Source: the human T2T-CHM13v2.0 reference genome, Homo sapiens. From it: a stretch of 64,000 bases of DNA. The notes under the pieces are model-generated. The model was given only the letters and a program-made list of their open reading frames with translations, made no database searches and had not been told where the DNA came from. Position numbers and translations under genes: made by a program. Numbering within the stretch: position 1 is the first letter of the stretch; every line of letters starts with the position of its first letter. Positions 44,796-60,559 of the stretch are shown in pieces. The stretch is taken from NCBI RefSeq assembly GCF_009914755.1, contig NC_060929.1. One strand, 5' to 3'.

Positions 44796-46199
44796 TGGAA
44801 ATATCACTTATTTTATTATGTTCCTTAGGGTTGATAAATATGTGATTCTGCCATTTAGTCTATCTGTTAAGTCTGTCCTTGTATTATCTGTAATTTTGTC
44901 TGTACGTTCATCAACAGCAAGGATTTGGGTCCATGGTAGTCTTGTATGTTCTGAGTTGTAATGGCATCACTATGGGATAGATTTCAGTGTATCTTTGCCA
45001 GGTATCTCTGGGATTCACCAATTCAAGTCAAAATATTTTATTAAATCCTTAGACTAAGGTTCCTGCACTAAGGAGGTCAAGTGAATTTGGGTCAACACCT
45101 ATTGGCATGGAGCAAGATTGGTGATCCCAATTTTCAAAACTGACCTTTTCTTTATGGCCCCAGTCAGATGGTTATCTTCCCTAAAAATTACCAGACTGGT
45201 GGAGAGGTTTTCTGTTTCTTGTTTCTTGGCGGGACAGCCCTTCAGGGCCCCTGACTTTATTCAAGAGTTCAGTTCTAATTTCGTGTTAGTCAAATGCCTG
45301 GGAGCATCACCTTCCTTGGGTAGACATCAATCCTACACCAAGAGGTATTAGTCCCTGGTTTCTCCTGGGCCGTTTAGCATCAGCACCTCTCAGCAGTCTG
45401 ATTTGAATACCTTCTATGTACCAGGAATCTCTCTTTCTTGCCTATTATCTCATCTCTTTAAAGAAACCATTTTGCCGTATTTTATGAGGCATTTTTGTTA
45501 GAATAATGGTGGCTCTCACTTCTGTTGACTTTGTTTTCTTAACTCATTAATTATACTTTTGCTTTGTTTCATTTGTTTAGCTTTCTTTGTGGTAAATTGC
45601 CTCATGTGTTTTTGAAAAAGGGAAAGAATTAAATGAGTGAGTGAGTAAATGAATGAATGAAAAACTAATAATGGAGAAATTTGTTACCTGGAAAGGACCA
45701 CTAAAGGGAGGTGTTTTCCTGAAAGGGAGCCCAACATGATCCTTATTCAGCCTATAATCAGTGAATCTGGCTCTAGTCTCAGAATTTGAATAGATAGAAT
45801 TAAATTATTGGTTGACTCCTCTTTTTGGAGCTGCTCTCTCACTCTGTCTGCCCTGTAGTATAACTTTATTAGAAACATGAGCTACCTTCAAAGACCAAAA
45901 ATGATCAAGCATGAATTGCTTTTTTTGCTTTTAAGTAGTTTCATTCATATTATCTGCCAAACTAAATGGATTATGTTTAACCAGTCATGAGGGCAATTGT
46001 TAAAACAAGGATGAATTTTTTTCTAGCACAATTTAGGTAAATAACATGTGTTTCATTAGCCCAAGAAAAACTAAGAATAATGATGTTTTACTTAAGAAAA
46101 AATAATAAACCAAATTATAATGTTAAATGTCTTAGAATTATTATTTCTACTCAGATCTCTAGTATCAGTTTCATTACTTATTTCAACACTCAATACTAG

Positions 46200-46680
46200 A
46201 GGTGGTAAAACGTGTTCAAATCCTGGGATAGGTTGTACAGAGTGATGTAGACAAGTCTCGCTGCGGGATTAGATATAAGGAGTTGAGAAAGTAAGTTTTG
46301 CAGGGTTTTTAATTTTGTTTTATTTTGTCCTGAACAACTGGAAAAAATGCTGCCATTTACACAGAGAGAATCCTGGGGCAGGCACAGGTTGGGGAGGGAC
46401 AGCAAACTCAAGGGCTCAGTTCTGGACATTAGATACATGTGCGTGTTACACATCAGGTGCTGGAGTTTCACACAAAAGGGAGTTTGTGACCTGTAGAATT
46501 TATAGAACTTCTGTTGAACCCCCTAGAGCTCCTATGGATTCTACAGAGCTGGGTGGAGATACAGTCTGAAAAACCCACACCTATGTAGTATTTAAATCCA
46601 AGAGATGGGATAAGCTCCCCCAAGTAGAGGGTATAGGAAGAGAAGACTCTGTACTTTCTGGGGAATACAGTGTGTCTGAA
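46200..46680 (-). mobile_element. L2 fragment
   Basis: ctgaacaactggaaaaaatgctgccatttac...gtatttaaatccaagagatgggataag. Confidence 0.6.
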
Positions 46681-47645
46681 AATTCAGATCTTCAGCCCTT
46701 ATCATTGCTGTAAAGGTAGAACTCTTCTTACTTGGCCAAAGATCATCTCTTTTTTCTTTCCCACATCTCAGAACCTTCAAGTGTCCATAACATCTCAAAG
46801 CTAAGTCCTCTCATCAGAGAAAGGCTACTGTAATGGTGATGAATATTTAAATTCCATTTCCTCCTTTCAACTTTTGATTCTTTCTTTCTTCTTTTCTTTT
46901 TCACTGAATTCCCTTTCATTTTGAAGTTCTATCATTTAAAAAAGAGGAATTTTTATTTCATGCTAACTTATAATTGAAAGAAAAGTTTGCTTCCTTTGGT
47001 TCTTATCATTCTGACTGAATCCCACGCAACAGATGTGAGTGGAGAGCTGATGAGAGGCTTGCTTTAGGGAGGAAGTAAGGGAAATGAAGTCAACCAGGAA
47101 AGAGTCCGTGAAAGTCATGACATTCAATAGAATGCCAAAGACATCATTATTTACCCAGAGAGATAGCTTGTAATTAATACATTTCGTAGGCTTTTTGAGG
47201 GGAATGTGTGTCTCCACTGGACTTATCTCATCAATAAATGTGTTTCTCACCCCTGTCAGGGCCACCTTTAAGCAATTCATTGACTGGGAAAAAAAGCAGA
47301 AAGGAAGGAGGACCTTGTCCAGAATCATCCTCTTCCATATTCCATAACAATGCACTTGAATAAAGCACCAAAGTCAAAAATGAACACTAAAAGTAATTTT
47401 TCTTGCCTCATGACAGGGAAGACTCGAGGTTGTTTTTCAGTAAGTACATAATAAGTTATGCTTCAGGGTTAAAAAGAAGCAGTTTTGCAACTGGGCTGTT
47501 AATTAAAATTGATTAAGTTACACCAACATCTTGGTATACTTAATGGACCTGAACATGCTTTTGACAGAACAGGCAGGATAAATGGTTAAAATTAAGAGCG
47601 TTTGACCAACCATTACTTTGTCTCACAGTATTTGTTGTTCCCTGG

Positions 47646-48003
47646 TGTCTTAGTCCATTTGGACTTCTCTAACAAAGGACCATAGACTGTGTAGCTTAGG
47701 AGCAATAGAAATTTAGAAGCCATGGTTCCAGAAGCCAAAGTCTGACATCAGGGTGCCAGCATGGGTGGGATTGGGTGAGGGCTCCCTTTCAGGTTGCAGA
47801 CTACTGTCTTCTCCTTGTATCCTCACATGGCAGAAAGAAATAGTTCTGCAGCCAATTCTCATAAGGGCACTAATGCCATTCATGAGGTCTCCACCTTCAT
47901 GACCCAATCACCTCCGAAAGGCCCCATTTCCCTAATACCATCACATTGGAGGTTAGGAATTCAACAGATAGATTTTGGGAGACAGAAGCATTAAGCCCAT
48001 AAG
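47646..48003 (-). mobile_element. MaLR (MLT1A/MST-like) solo LTR
   Basis: tgtcttagtccatttgg...cctcacatggcagaa...cctaataccatcacattgg. Confidence 0.8.
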
Positions 48004-48129
48004 AACTCAGATGGAAGAGAGGTCCATCTGAACATAAATGCCAGTATGCCACAGACTAGAATACTGAAGAGCCTGAAGTTGAGCATATTGGTGAGAGTTT
48101 GAGCCACCCCAAGTCTGAATCTCAGGTTG

Positions 48130-49280
<1,151 letters not shown>

Positions 49281-50056
49281 GTGTCACAACATACTCTTAA
49301 GAATGATCATCCCTGCTTAAATGGGCATGTCATATGTTACAGCAAATCAAAAACAGATAGTCAGCTCTATTAGTAACACTCTATTCCTTTATCAGCTCTT
49401 AATAGATTTTGACATTTGAGGAAGGAGTAAGCAGTGGTCATCAGATACATTCACAAAAAAATGTTAACAACTCTTCTGGGATGCTCTTCACTGTGTCCAG
49501 CATATTATTATAAAATAGGAAGAGTCACATTTTAATACCCTTATTGTTTTTTAGGTCTATTTGACCTGACTTCAGAATGTCTCTGTCAACTCTCTTCATG
49601 GTGGAATAATTATTCAAAAAAAAAGAAACATTGAAATGCATTTTAGGAAACAAAGGCCTATATAATTCATTGTAGTACAAGAATCCATTATTTAAACTCT
49701 GATTCACAAAATAAACCTTATGATTTGTTAGTAGATTAACACATAATTGTCTCTAAATCAGTTGATATGTGTTTAATTGAAGGCCAATATAATTCCATAA
49801 TCCCTTGTTCCATTTATAAAAAAAATTAGAGTATGGCATAACCCAAGGAATATATACATATTTGCTCAATACTTCTAATGATAAATACTTCAAGTAAAAA
49901 CTTTTTTTTTGCTATTTTCAAAAGAAAAAGGAAGGAATTTAGGGAAGTCACTGTTACAGTTCTTCCCTAGGTTTCTACCTAACTATTAATGATATTATAG
50001 TGCCCAGAGAAAGCTTTATCTAGTTAATGGATTAGGCTCCAATAAAGAAAACAAAT

Positions 50057-50533
50057 TGTCTTAGGTATTTCCGAAAGGGAATTTAATATAAAGAAGTATT
50101 TACAGAATGAGAGAAAAGCTGATAAACCAAATAGGGGATAGTATACTAGCCATGATATTAGCAACAGAAGAAACCTCCTACCACCTCTAGACTTGTAAGG
50201 AAACAGGATAGAGGTGTTGTTAGCAGAAACCCAGGCTCCTGGGCTTTCTTGCAGACGCTAGAACCATGCAAAGCTAGAGCTAGACGAAGGTAAGGTGTTG
50301 TCTGACAAGGATCTGGAATTTTAGAAAAGGCAGGAGTTGCAGGCCATTCAGAAAATGGCTGCTAAGTAGAGAGTAAAAGAAATACCCAATCTCTTTCTTT
50401 CCATTGCCTTCCAGTCTCCCACCAGTTCTCATCGGCCAAACTAGCTAGAGACATTTGACAAAGAGTCTGTGAAATGAAGTCTCTAAGAGATGGATAGAAA
50501 TATACTTGAAAGCAAACAAGAAATTACCAACAC
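50057..50533. mobile_element. Possible old LTR
   Basis: TG...CA bounded segment with MaLR/ERVL-like ends; weak. Confidence 0.35.
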
Positions 50534-50539
50534 ACTTAG

Positions 50540-53500
50540 TGACAAATTTTCCTAAATTTGTTAAAATCCATCACTCTCCAAAGGCAAGAATCTCTATGAA
50601 CATCAAGCAGGATAAATATGAAGGAAACCACATGTGGCATATTATAGTCACACTTCTGGAAACCAGAAAAAAGAAAAACATTAAATGCACCCACAAAAAA
50701 AGACATTACATACAAGGGATCAATGACAGAATAAATGGCTGCCTTCTTATCAGAAATGATGGAAAGCAAAAGACACTTGAACATCTTTAAACCACTGATA
50801 GGAACATGATGAACCCTGAATTAAACATTCAACTCAAATATTCCTTTTCAAAGTCGAGATGAAATACATTCTGCAAGTAAAAAAAGAGGGAATTCATCAC
50901 CAGCAAACCTACAAGATATGCTAATGGAAGTTCCTCAAGCTAAAGTGAAATTATGTCAGAAGGAAAAAGGAATCTAAGGAAGGAATGGAAAGTATTGGAC
51001 ATGCTTACTTTATGAGAGAGTATAAAAGACAATGTATTTATTTTTCATGTCTCTAAAAGACAACAGGTGATCTGATGCAAAAACAATGACATGTGACATA
51101 TACTGAGAATTCTTATGAGAATGGGATTAAATTGTTGTGTCATGTATTTTTTGAAGTGGCACAATATTAATGCCAAATAACTAATGATAAGTTAGGACAG
51201 CGTGTATTAAGCCTTGAGCAATCACTAAAAATAAAATAAGGATAGCTAAAAAGCCAAGAGGAAATGAAAAATACTTTTAAATATTTAATTAATAAAATAA
51301 TAATGGAAGAACAGAAAAACAAAAATAAATGAGACAAATATAAAACAGATAGTAAAATGGTACGTTTGAAGTAGTAGCAACAAATGTGACAGACCACACT
51401 ATACAAATAAAAGCAATGGGGCAAATAAACAATAGATAGCCAGAGGGTAAGATTAAATTCAAACATTATAAATGGGAAAGGACTAAATACTCCAAAGGAA
51501 AGTATGACCAAGCCATATACTCTCTACAAGAGATGCACTTTAAATACAAGTTAGGTAGCTTGAAAGTGAAAGGATGGAAAACGTATCTGATGTAAACAAT
51601 AAGCACAAGGAGGCTACTATACATATATTAATATCAGACAAAGTAGTTATGAAGGCAAGAAATATTAACAGAGATAAATATAGATAGTGAGTAATGATAA
51701 AAAGGTCATTTCACCAGGAGGCATAAAATCATAAAATGTGCTTATACCTAATAATGGATCTATAAAAGACAGATATGAAAGCACTTAACCTACAGTAGAC
51801 CATAAAAGCATCTTATGCATATCTGACAAAATCAAAGAAAAAAAGAGACAAATCTACGTCAGAATTAGATATTTAGTATCTCTTTTCTAGTTATTATTAT
51901 TATACCAATAGGAATATATAGGAGGTCTGAGCAACAATATCAACTTCCTAAAACTAATTAATGTTTCATAAAACACTAAACTGAATTGAAAAATACTTGT
52001 TTACTTAAAGTGCACATGGAACATTAACCTACAAAGATATTACTTATACTAGGCCATAAAAGCATCTCCATAAATTTGAAAATACAGAAACAAATATGAG
52101 GACAAAAAAATCATATAGTCTGACGTCTAACCACACTAAAATCAAATTAGAAATCATTAACAATAGAATATTTTAAAATATCCCCAAATATTTTAGTGTT
52201 AAACTATATGCTTCTAACCCAGGAGTCAAATATGAAATACAAGCGAAATGTAAAAATGTTTAAATATCAAAACGTAATGTATCAAAATGTGTGGGATTGC
52301 AATTAAAGCAGCAATTTAGGGGGGAATTTGTAGCTTTAAAATGCTTTAAAATTAGAAAAGAGGAAAGAGTTAAAAATCAATTGTCCAAATTTCGATCTTA
52401 GGAAGCAGAAAAAGATGAGCAATTTAGAATCAAGCAATTAGAAAGGCATAAATACTAAAAAGAAGAAATCAATAAAATAGAAAACCATCAGTAGTGAAAA
52501 TTAATAAAGCCAAAATATGGCTCTTTGAAAAAGACTGAAAATTCCTAAACCACTAGCAAGACTGATGAAGAAAGAAAAACAGGGAGAAAAATCACAAAGC
52601 ACCCAAACTAACAATTTAAGGGAAAAAAGAGGACTCACTACAGACTCTATAGATATTAACAGGATATATATGAAATGCCATAAATTACTTGAGGCCAAAC
52701 AGATTTACAATTTAGATAAAATGAGTTTCTTGAAAAGACTATTTACCAAAAGCTGAAACAAATAGAAAATTTAACTGTGCATGTATCTATTTATTGAATT
52801 TGTTTTAAAAATTTTTCCCACAAAGGAAACTTCATACCCAGATTATTTGTGTGTGAATTCTACCCAACATTTTAAGAAAATAAGATAGAAAGAATTGGTC
52901 AAATATTAACAAATTTTATATTTGTGAATGGATAAAAATGTCTTATTCATGGAAAGAGGCTAAAAGATTGGGGCTACAAACCAAAGGCCAAATCTACACC
53001 ACGTGTAGGAGATCTAGCCGAAATAAAATGAGAAAGGTTGGAAATAAAGGATATAGAACAGCTATTCCAGGAAACAGCTTATAGAATAAAGGAAATATCA
53101 ATAATATAAATTCCTGACAATAAAGAATTCAAATGAAAAGTATTCAGCATTTAAAAAAAAGATTTTTATTATGATTCAGGCAACAAAATTTTAAGTCATA
53201 AATATTTATGCACTTCAGAGTCTCTTTGAAATAAATAAAGCAGAAAGTGTTAAAATGTTCAAATACATGGACAAACCTACACTCCTAGTTGGAAATGTTA
53301 ATATATTCTAACATTGACAGATCAAGCAAGCCAGCCCATTAGGGATTTGACTAACTCATAAGGTTCCTTCAATAGTTATATTTAGAGAAACACTTTGTTA
53401 CCAGCATAAAAAACACATAGAATTTTCAAAAATTCATAAGACATAGAAGTTGAGCATATTTATCACATCCCAGAAGAAAAATAAATTGTCAAAGTGAAAT

Positions 53501-54110
53501 AATAGAGGCCACAATCTCTGATAAAATCAAATGAAATTAGAAATAACAAGAACCAACCAAAAATAATATTCTTGTGGAATTTAAAATTCAGACTTCTGAG
53601 TTACTTTTAGTATTAAAAGAAAATGGAAATTGAAAGTATAGGCTTTTTAGAAAAGAGTTATAATGAGTAGCTATGAATTAAAGGCTGTGGGATTTGGCAA
53701 AAGCAGTAACTAGTAGAATATTTATGTCCTTAAATGCACTTATTAGAAAATACAAAATATTTTCTAACAAATGACAATCCAAGATAAAGTATATAAGTTT
53801 AATTAAGGAAGAAGAAATAAATTTTTTAAAGTTGAATCGGAAACTAATTAATATAGAAAGAAAGAACAGACCTTAATAATAAACCAAACACTTATTCCTT
53901 GAGAAGGTCAACAAAACATGCAAAACCTCACAAATCTGATCTAAAGAAAATAGCATTAAGCATAAGAAATTACAAATATGGAGAGTTTTTAAATTATAAG
54001 AAAATATTATATAGAATATTTTACATTTGAAAATCTAAATGAAATAGATAATTTTCTAGGAAAATCATCAAAATTGACTCAAGAAACAGAACCAATAAAC
54101 ATGGCAGAAA
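50540..54110 (+). mobile_element. Very old L1M body remnants (ORF1/ORF2-derived)
   Basis: A-rich with degenerate L1 motifs (atatcagacaaagtag, aaatcaaattagaaatc, aaaccactagcaagactgat); probably more than one element. Confidence 0.7.
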
Positions 54111-54390
54111 TGTGACATGTCTATTTCTAAAACAGAACCTGGATCAGGAATACAACTGGGTAGACATAAATCCAGACAACATCACTTAATAGAGGTATAA
54201 CTTTAGGGAAGTTATAGAAGTATAACTTGGGCAAGTTCCTCAACTTCCCTGTGTATCAGTTTCTCTGGCAAAATGAGGTAATAATACTAACTACTATATA
54301 GGATTATTGTGAGGATAAAGTGAACTATATATGTACATATATACATAGCACTTGACACATAGTGAATACTCTATAGATTTTAGGATGTAG

Positions 54391-55085
54391 CATCACCACC
54401 ACCACCATCACCACACCACTACCATCACCACCACCATTATCCCCATCACCATCCCTATCACCATCACCATCACCATCACCATCCCTATCACCATCACCAT
54501 CACCATCATCACCATCACCATCATTATCACCATCATCATCACCATCACCATCCTCATTATCATCATCATCATCATCACCATCACCGTCACCATCATCACC
54601 ATAACCATCTCTATCACCATCACTATCATCATCACCATCACCATCACAATCTCAATCAGCATCACCATCATCATCACCATCATCACCATCACCATCCTCA
54701 TTATCATCATCACCATCATCATCACCATCACCATAACCATCCCTATCACCATCACCATCATCACCAACACCATCACCTATCATCACCTTCATCACCATCA
54801 CCATCCTCATCCTCATCATCATCACCATCACCATCATCATCCCCATAACCATCCCTATCACCATCACCATCACCATCCCTATCACTGTCACCATACCATC
54901 ATCATCCCTATCACCATCACCCATAATCATCATTACCATCACCATCATCACCATCCTCATCATCGTCATCACCATCACCATCCCTATCAATATCACCATC
55001 ACTATCCCTGTCACCATCACTGTATCACCTGTTATCATCATCACCATCATTACCATCACCGTCATTATTATCATCATCATCATCA
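54391..55085. repeat. Degenerate (CAT/CAC)n array, ~695 bp
   Basis: Read directly; recurring sub-unit ACCATCCCTATCACCATC. Confidence 0.95.
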
Positions 55086-56790
55086 GATAATTTTATACTT
55101 GAGTTTTATCAAACCTCCAAGAAGATATCGTTCATTCAGTATTTAAACAGTTTGGGGCCTAAAAAAAAAAGACGAAATGTTGTTTCTAAACTCAGCCTTA
55201 TGAATCTGGCATTACCTTGACACCGAGAAAAAGCTAGGAGAGCATAGTGCCCAAAAAAAAAAAAAAACCTGTCAGAGCTCCTTCGTAAAACAGAAGAGAA
55301 GATAGCAAATCAAAGCTCAGCAGATGAATCACTGTGGTCCCCTTTAGTCATGAGGATAATGGCAAGCGCCCTCCATAGCTCTGAGATGTGGGCTGGCACT
55401 CCTCCCGCTGCTGCAGGATCACATCTTACTCATCTTTGTGTCAGAACAGCCTAGCATGAGCCCGGCCCATGAGACTAGTCAACAATCTAGGTGTACTTGG
55501 TATATACACACCCTCCCGCAGAGTCTTATCATCACTTGTAAAATCTGAACAAGTATTATTATCAGGCCAGGTGTTTGAAAGCATTGTGAGTCATGTCTAG
55601 GACATGACTCAGTGCCCGAAAGTCATTGATTGGGTCAGGTCCAATTGTTGGTTTGAACTCAAGTTTTTGTAGATGTTGTTTGATGTGTGTCCCTGTAGTC
55701 ATCCCTCTTAATGGAGTAGGTATCTGAGATAAAGAGTTGAGGGTGGCTTCTCATCATGACAGCATCAGGAGCTTTACTCAGGGCACTAACTGCTCAATTT
55801 GTTTCTCTTTCTGTGGGACTCACAGGAGTGCACCTGCAGGAGGATGTCAGCTTGTGGCTGGCTTATATCTGGTTCTTCCATCCCATACGTTGTTTCTGGA
55901 TGTTACTCCTCTTCTTAGCCAAATCCTCTGTTTCTTCACTGTCTCTAGCCAACCTCATTGGCATGAGGTTCCATTTTGGTCTCAGACACCATCCAACCTC
56001 TCCTTGGATGTTCCATTTGCATTTCATCTTTGATGATTCACTGTGCTTCAGTCCTTTTTATACCTCTGAAACTTCTATCCTTGGATTAAACTAAGTTTTA
56101 AAAGGCTTTGAATTATTTAATTATTTAAGGGACCTTTTGGATATGTATACAATTCTTATAAGTAAGCCTGTAATCTGTCAGTAGCAGGATTTGCAACTCA
56201 GTAGGCATGTTTTTCACATGATCATGGGATGCTTTTGAGTTCATTGGCTCACTCAAGCATGTAAAAAGCCTCGCTACACATTTTGCTGCATCTATGTTGA
56301 ACAAAATAGGTTGAATCTGGTTTCATGAGATTGGGGAGGGTGAGGACTCAATGTCTCCTGGGTCAACAGGAACAAGGGTGGAACTTGAGGACTTCCAGGC
56401 TATCAAGGTGAGGCTGTCCTTAAGGCGGCAGCTGCCAGGATCTCACTGGCAGTGAAGAGGCCACCGAGATGGGGGATGTGGCCAAGTGCCACATGAAACT
56501 GCCAGGAACATGGGCGAGTCATTTAAAAAGATTCTTTATCCTTCATAAAGAACTGATGCTTCTGAGGCAGTTTTATTGAGTCAGAATAAGTTAATTGGCC
56601 ATCGCTGTGTGGACCCTTTTCTATGGACATGTATGTGGCATTTTAGCTCCATTTTTATTTCTCAAAAATTTAGTGAGGATTGCAGTCTGCATTTAATAAA
56701 GTCCTCGTTAACCCAAAAGTATTACTGGTAGCTTTCCAGAATGAGAGAAACGATCTCCACCCTGACTTGCTGCTTTTTGTTTCCCGGTAG

Positions 56791-56875
56791 AACGTCTGTC
56801 CTGGGCATCTCCTTTGGGGCTGCGTTTCTCTTGCTGGCCTTCATCCTCTTCGTCTGCTTTGCTGGACAGCTTCTG
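56791..56875 (+). CDS. ADCY2: ADCY2 exon (~15), second M2 transmembrane helix
   Basis: ttcccggtag|AACG...TTCTG|gtaggt; (K)TSVLGISFGAAFLLLAFILFVCFAGQLL; 85 nt. Confidence 0.93.
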
Positions 56876-57229
56876 GTAGGTATTCAAATGTGGCGCTTCT
56901 TTGAAAAGTATGCTCATTTCATGAAAGCTGATTTCTTGCCTAAAACTTTCCAAAACAAGGAGCTTATTGCTTTACCACTTCAAGAACTCCAGATCCCAGT
57001 TAAGGAAACACACACCCTTCAGGTCTATAACCAGGAATATAGACTGGGACCCCTCATGCACAACCAAGACACGAATATGAAGATGATTCAAAACGTTCGA
57101 TGTCACATCAGAAGTTGCATTCTTGCTTATTTGGTGTCAATATATTTTTATCATTTCCTTTAAGTTTTCAGAGTATTTATAGCAGCAAATGCAAGTATAA
57201 TATGAGGCTTTCAGTGTACAGGAGGATTA

Positions 57230-57522
57230 AAACTAACACAGGAGCAGAAAACCAAACACTGCCTGTCCTCACTCATAAGTGGGAGTTGAACAATGAGGAC
57301 ACATGGACACAGGGAGGGGAACATCACACACTGGGGCCTGTTGGAGGGTGGGGGAAAAGGGGAGGGATAGCATTAGGACAAATACCTAATGCATGCGGGG
57401 CATAAAACCTAGATGATGGGTTCATAGGTGCAGCAAACCACCATGGCACATGTATGCCTATGTAACAAACCTGCACATTCAGCACCTGTATCCCAGAACT
57501 TAAAGTAAAATTTAAAAAAAAA
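57230..57522 (+). mobile_element. L1PA 3' UTR fragment
   Basis: ctcactcataagtgggagttgaacaatgag...cccagaacttaaagta plus A tail. Confidence 0.9.
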
Positions 57523-60500
57523 AGTAAACCTAATACATTGCTACATCCACTTTCAAGCTATAAAATGTTGGAGTAGTTGAAGAAAGCATACGTTAAAATA
57601 TCTTTTATTAGTGTTTAATTTAAGCCAATCAGGTCTAAATGCTAGTTCTGGATATACAGATTAAACCTAAAATTGAAAGTCTAAAGCAAGTGTTGCTAGC
57701 TGGCCATGAGTCTATGAGAGCATCGTAAGGATGCAAACAATGGGATAGAAGGCCCTGAAGATAAGCCACTGTTTCGTTTTGTTCAATGGAGATGACCTGG
57801 GACAGAGAGGCCACTCTGAGCTTCTCAGCAGCTCTCTTCCTTGCCCCCATGGGCATTCTCAAGAGAAGCTTCAGAGATTTTTTTAATAAAAATTTTTACA
57901 TGATAATTAATAACCTATTATAAAAAATAAATAGAAATGTTCTTTAAAATATTTTTCAATGGATGCATTTTATATGAGTTCTGCAGTTACAGACTACAGT
58001 CTAGATATTTTCACATTGTCAAAATTATGATTTCTTCTGCTGGTTAGACTGTAACAACGCATTTAGATGACACCGCCAAGGAAGCCTCCTGAGGTTTGTG
58101 GCCTGTCTGTTACCTCTCAGGAGTATTGTGGCTTCTATGAAAGAATTTTTTCTCATTCTGCATGCGTTTATAGTTTGCATCTGTGGCTTTATTGCAATGT
58201 TGTTTTGCTTTTCATAAAACACACTACTACTGCTAGCAACAACATCAGGACAGCGCGATAGTGGCCTCTTAGAATCCTCGTCCTCCCTTCAAAAGCTCTG
58301 AAAAGTGGCAGTCCTGACCCCCACGCTGTCCATTGCATTCCAGTCTGATGTGCTGAAAGGCTTTGGCCAAGGGTGGTTAAGATTCCAAAGCTTGTCTCTG
58401 CCTTTCCGCAGTCGACTGTAAGCACTTTGTCCTCTGTGCCTTATACCTTTGCAAACTTGTGTGGATTTTGTTTACTGTTTGATAGTTTAGATGTTTCAAA
58501 TTGTATTGAAAGCTCTTCCAAAAATGGGACTGTGGCTTCTGCTTTACCCAAATGCACACATAGCATCTCGATTCTCTGAAACCCCCTGAAGACATTGTGG
58601 GTTGTATAGAGGAGGGAAGACCCTTGGTTAATATGAATCCACTCCGAAAGGCCCTGATGGAACTCTTTGGCAAAGTTTGAAAACGCTTATTGTAGAAAGA
58701 AGCCTGGTTTTCTATGTTCCCGGAATCATCCCTCAGGTGGAAAGGCACACAGGCTCCCCTGCTCTCTTCCTTGCCCCCACAAATCTCCTGAAGCCCATGT
58801 CTCAGGTTTCCAAAACAGGAACCATCATTGGTGGTTCCATTGGAAATCCCAACCTAGTTCTAATTAAGTCAGTTCAGATCATTGTGACTAACTAGCCATA
58901 TTTATCATTTTCTATCCCAGGGAATCTGGTCTTGGATATGGGGGCATGTGGTATATTTAGGGTATCAGGCTGACTTTTTTTCATTCTACTCTCTAAGTTG
59001 TTATATTAAAGAAACATAGAGCTGGGGGCAGAAAAAAATATCTCAGGAACAACTCTGCTGCGTCTGTGGGAAAGCATTGTTCCTCTCTGGTGCCTCCCTT
59101 TCAGCCTCGCTGGAATCCCACGCCCTGCTGCCCCTCTCATAGCTCCTCCTGTGGCCAGCCTGAGGCCCCGGTAAGCTGTCAAGGTGACACCCACAGCTCC
59201 TCCTGCCCTCCCGTCCCTGGAGCTTCCCAGGACCCTGGCCTCCACAGGCCACATGCTAGAAAGTTCTTTTTGACTCCGTGGTATCACAAAGGGAAGATTT
59301 CAATGCTACAAATGCATTGGTGCTTACCTCCTCCTCACAAGAAGCCTGGATGGTGTCAAAGTGCCCAGGAAGCCTAGACGTGGCGACACTTGGTCCTCCT
59401 AAACTTGATTCCATAAGATCCGTGAATGAGGCTCCCCCTAGTGGCCAGCTGCAATTCCTCCTCCTTGGATGTAATCCATGAAAAAAATCAAGAAGGAATT
59501 CTTTTCACTTTAATAATAGGTCCTTTTTTACTGTTTAAATCATTCTTTAAGGATTTTTTAATTTGCAACATCAAATATATTGGTGTACAGCCAATTTAAG
59601 AAGGCTTAAGTGCACTCTGCACTCTGCCATCCAAATTCAGTCAAAAACTGCTCATCACAAATATTCCGCAGTGGTCATGGAGAAACATTGTCACTTCCTA
59701 AGTGCTCATTCCCTGGCTTCTTAATAGCTTCCCAGTTGTGTAAGGTTTTATAATGATTTGCATTTATTATGAATTAAATACTGAGTTTATTAAAGAGTAC
59801 TTAATACCCGAAACTTGCCTTCTATTAACGTATGGTAACTTTCTGAAAACTTCGATGCCAAAGACAGTATTTGTGCTCTAATACCAGCTTTCGGTTCTCC
59901 GTATGAAGAAATAACATAAAATGTAATACTTCATAAAGGAAGCTGAAGAGAGGTCAGCCTGGCTAATGTTTTCTTCCAAGAGCTTTGCCTCTGTCATTCT
60001 CTGTTGCACAGAAAGCGTAATGCCAATAAATCAAATTGATTGCTTGTTTTACAACTGGCCTTGATAAAAAGGTAGAAAAATATCAAAATAGGCAAAAAAA
60101 AATGGTGATAATGATGAATTGCAGATTTTTTCCTGTTGATAGAAAAATCGTACAGGTATTTGTTCAGTGACATGTTCTCAAACACATGGCAGGCATTTCT
60201 TTTCTGTGATCATTATTTCTGTGAGAAGCCCAGCCCTCGCCTCCATCGGCCCCTTCACTCCCACCCGAGGCATGCCCCATGCTGGCTCCCTGCTACCCCC
60301 ACATTGCCCAGGTCTCAGTTCTTGTGCACGTGGGTGGGCCCAGCCACCGGGCACCTTCCAAGATACCTTGAAACTGCACCAAGCCCTTCTTTTTACACCG
60401 TGGGACTGACAATCTGTGTCACGTAGCTTAGCCTCCATCATATAAGATCTCACTGAGACCTCTAAATTGTTTCTGTTTCCCCTTGAATATATAGAGTTCC

Positions 60501-60559
60501 TTGTACTGTAGCATTTTTATGGGGTCCTTTCTTACTTTCTCCTCTCATCCGGCTCTGGT

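Noticed and set aside
54408-55083. Met/Val-rich ORFs on the minus strand
   Set aside because: Artefacts of the (ATG/GTG)n repeat; no splice or promoter support
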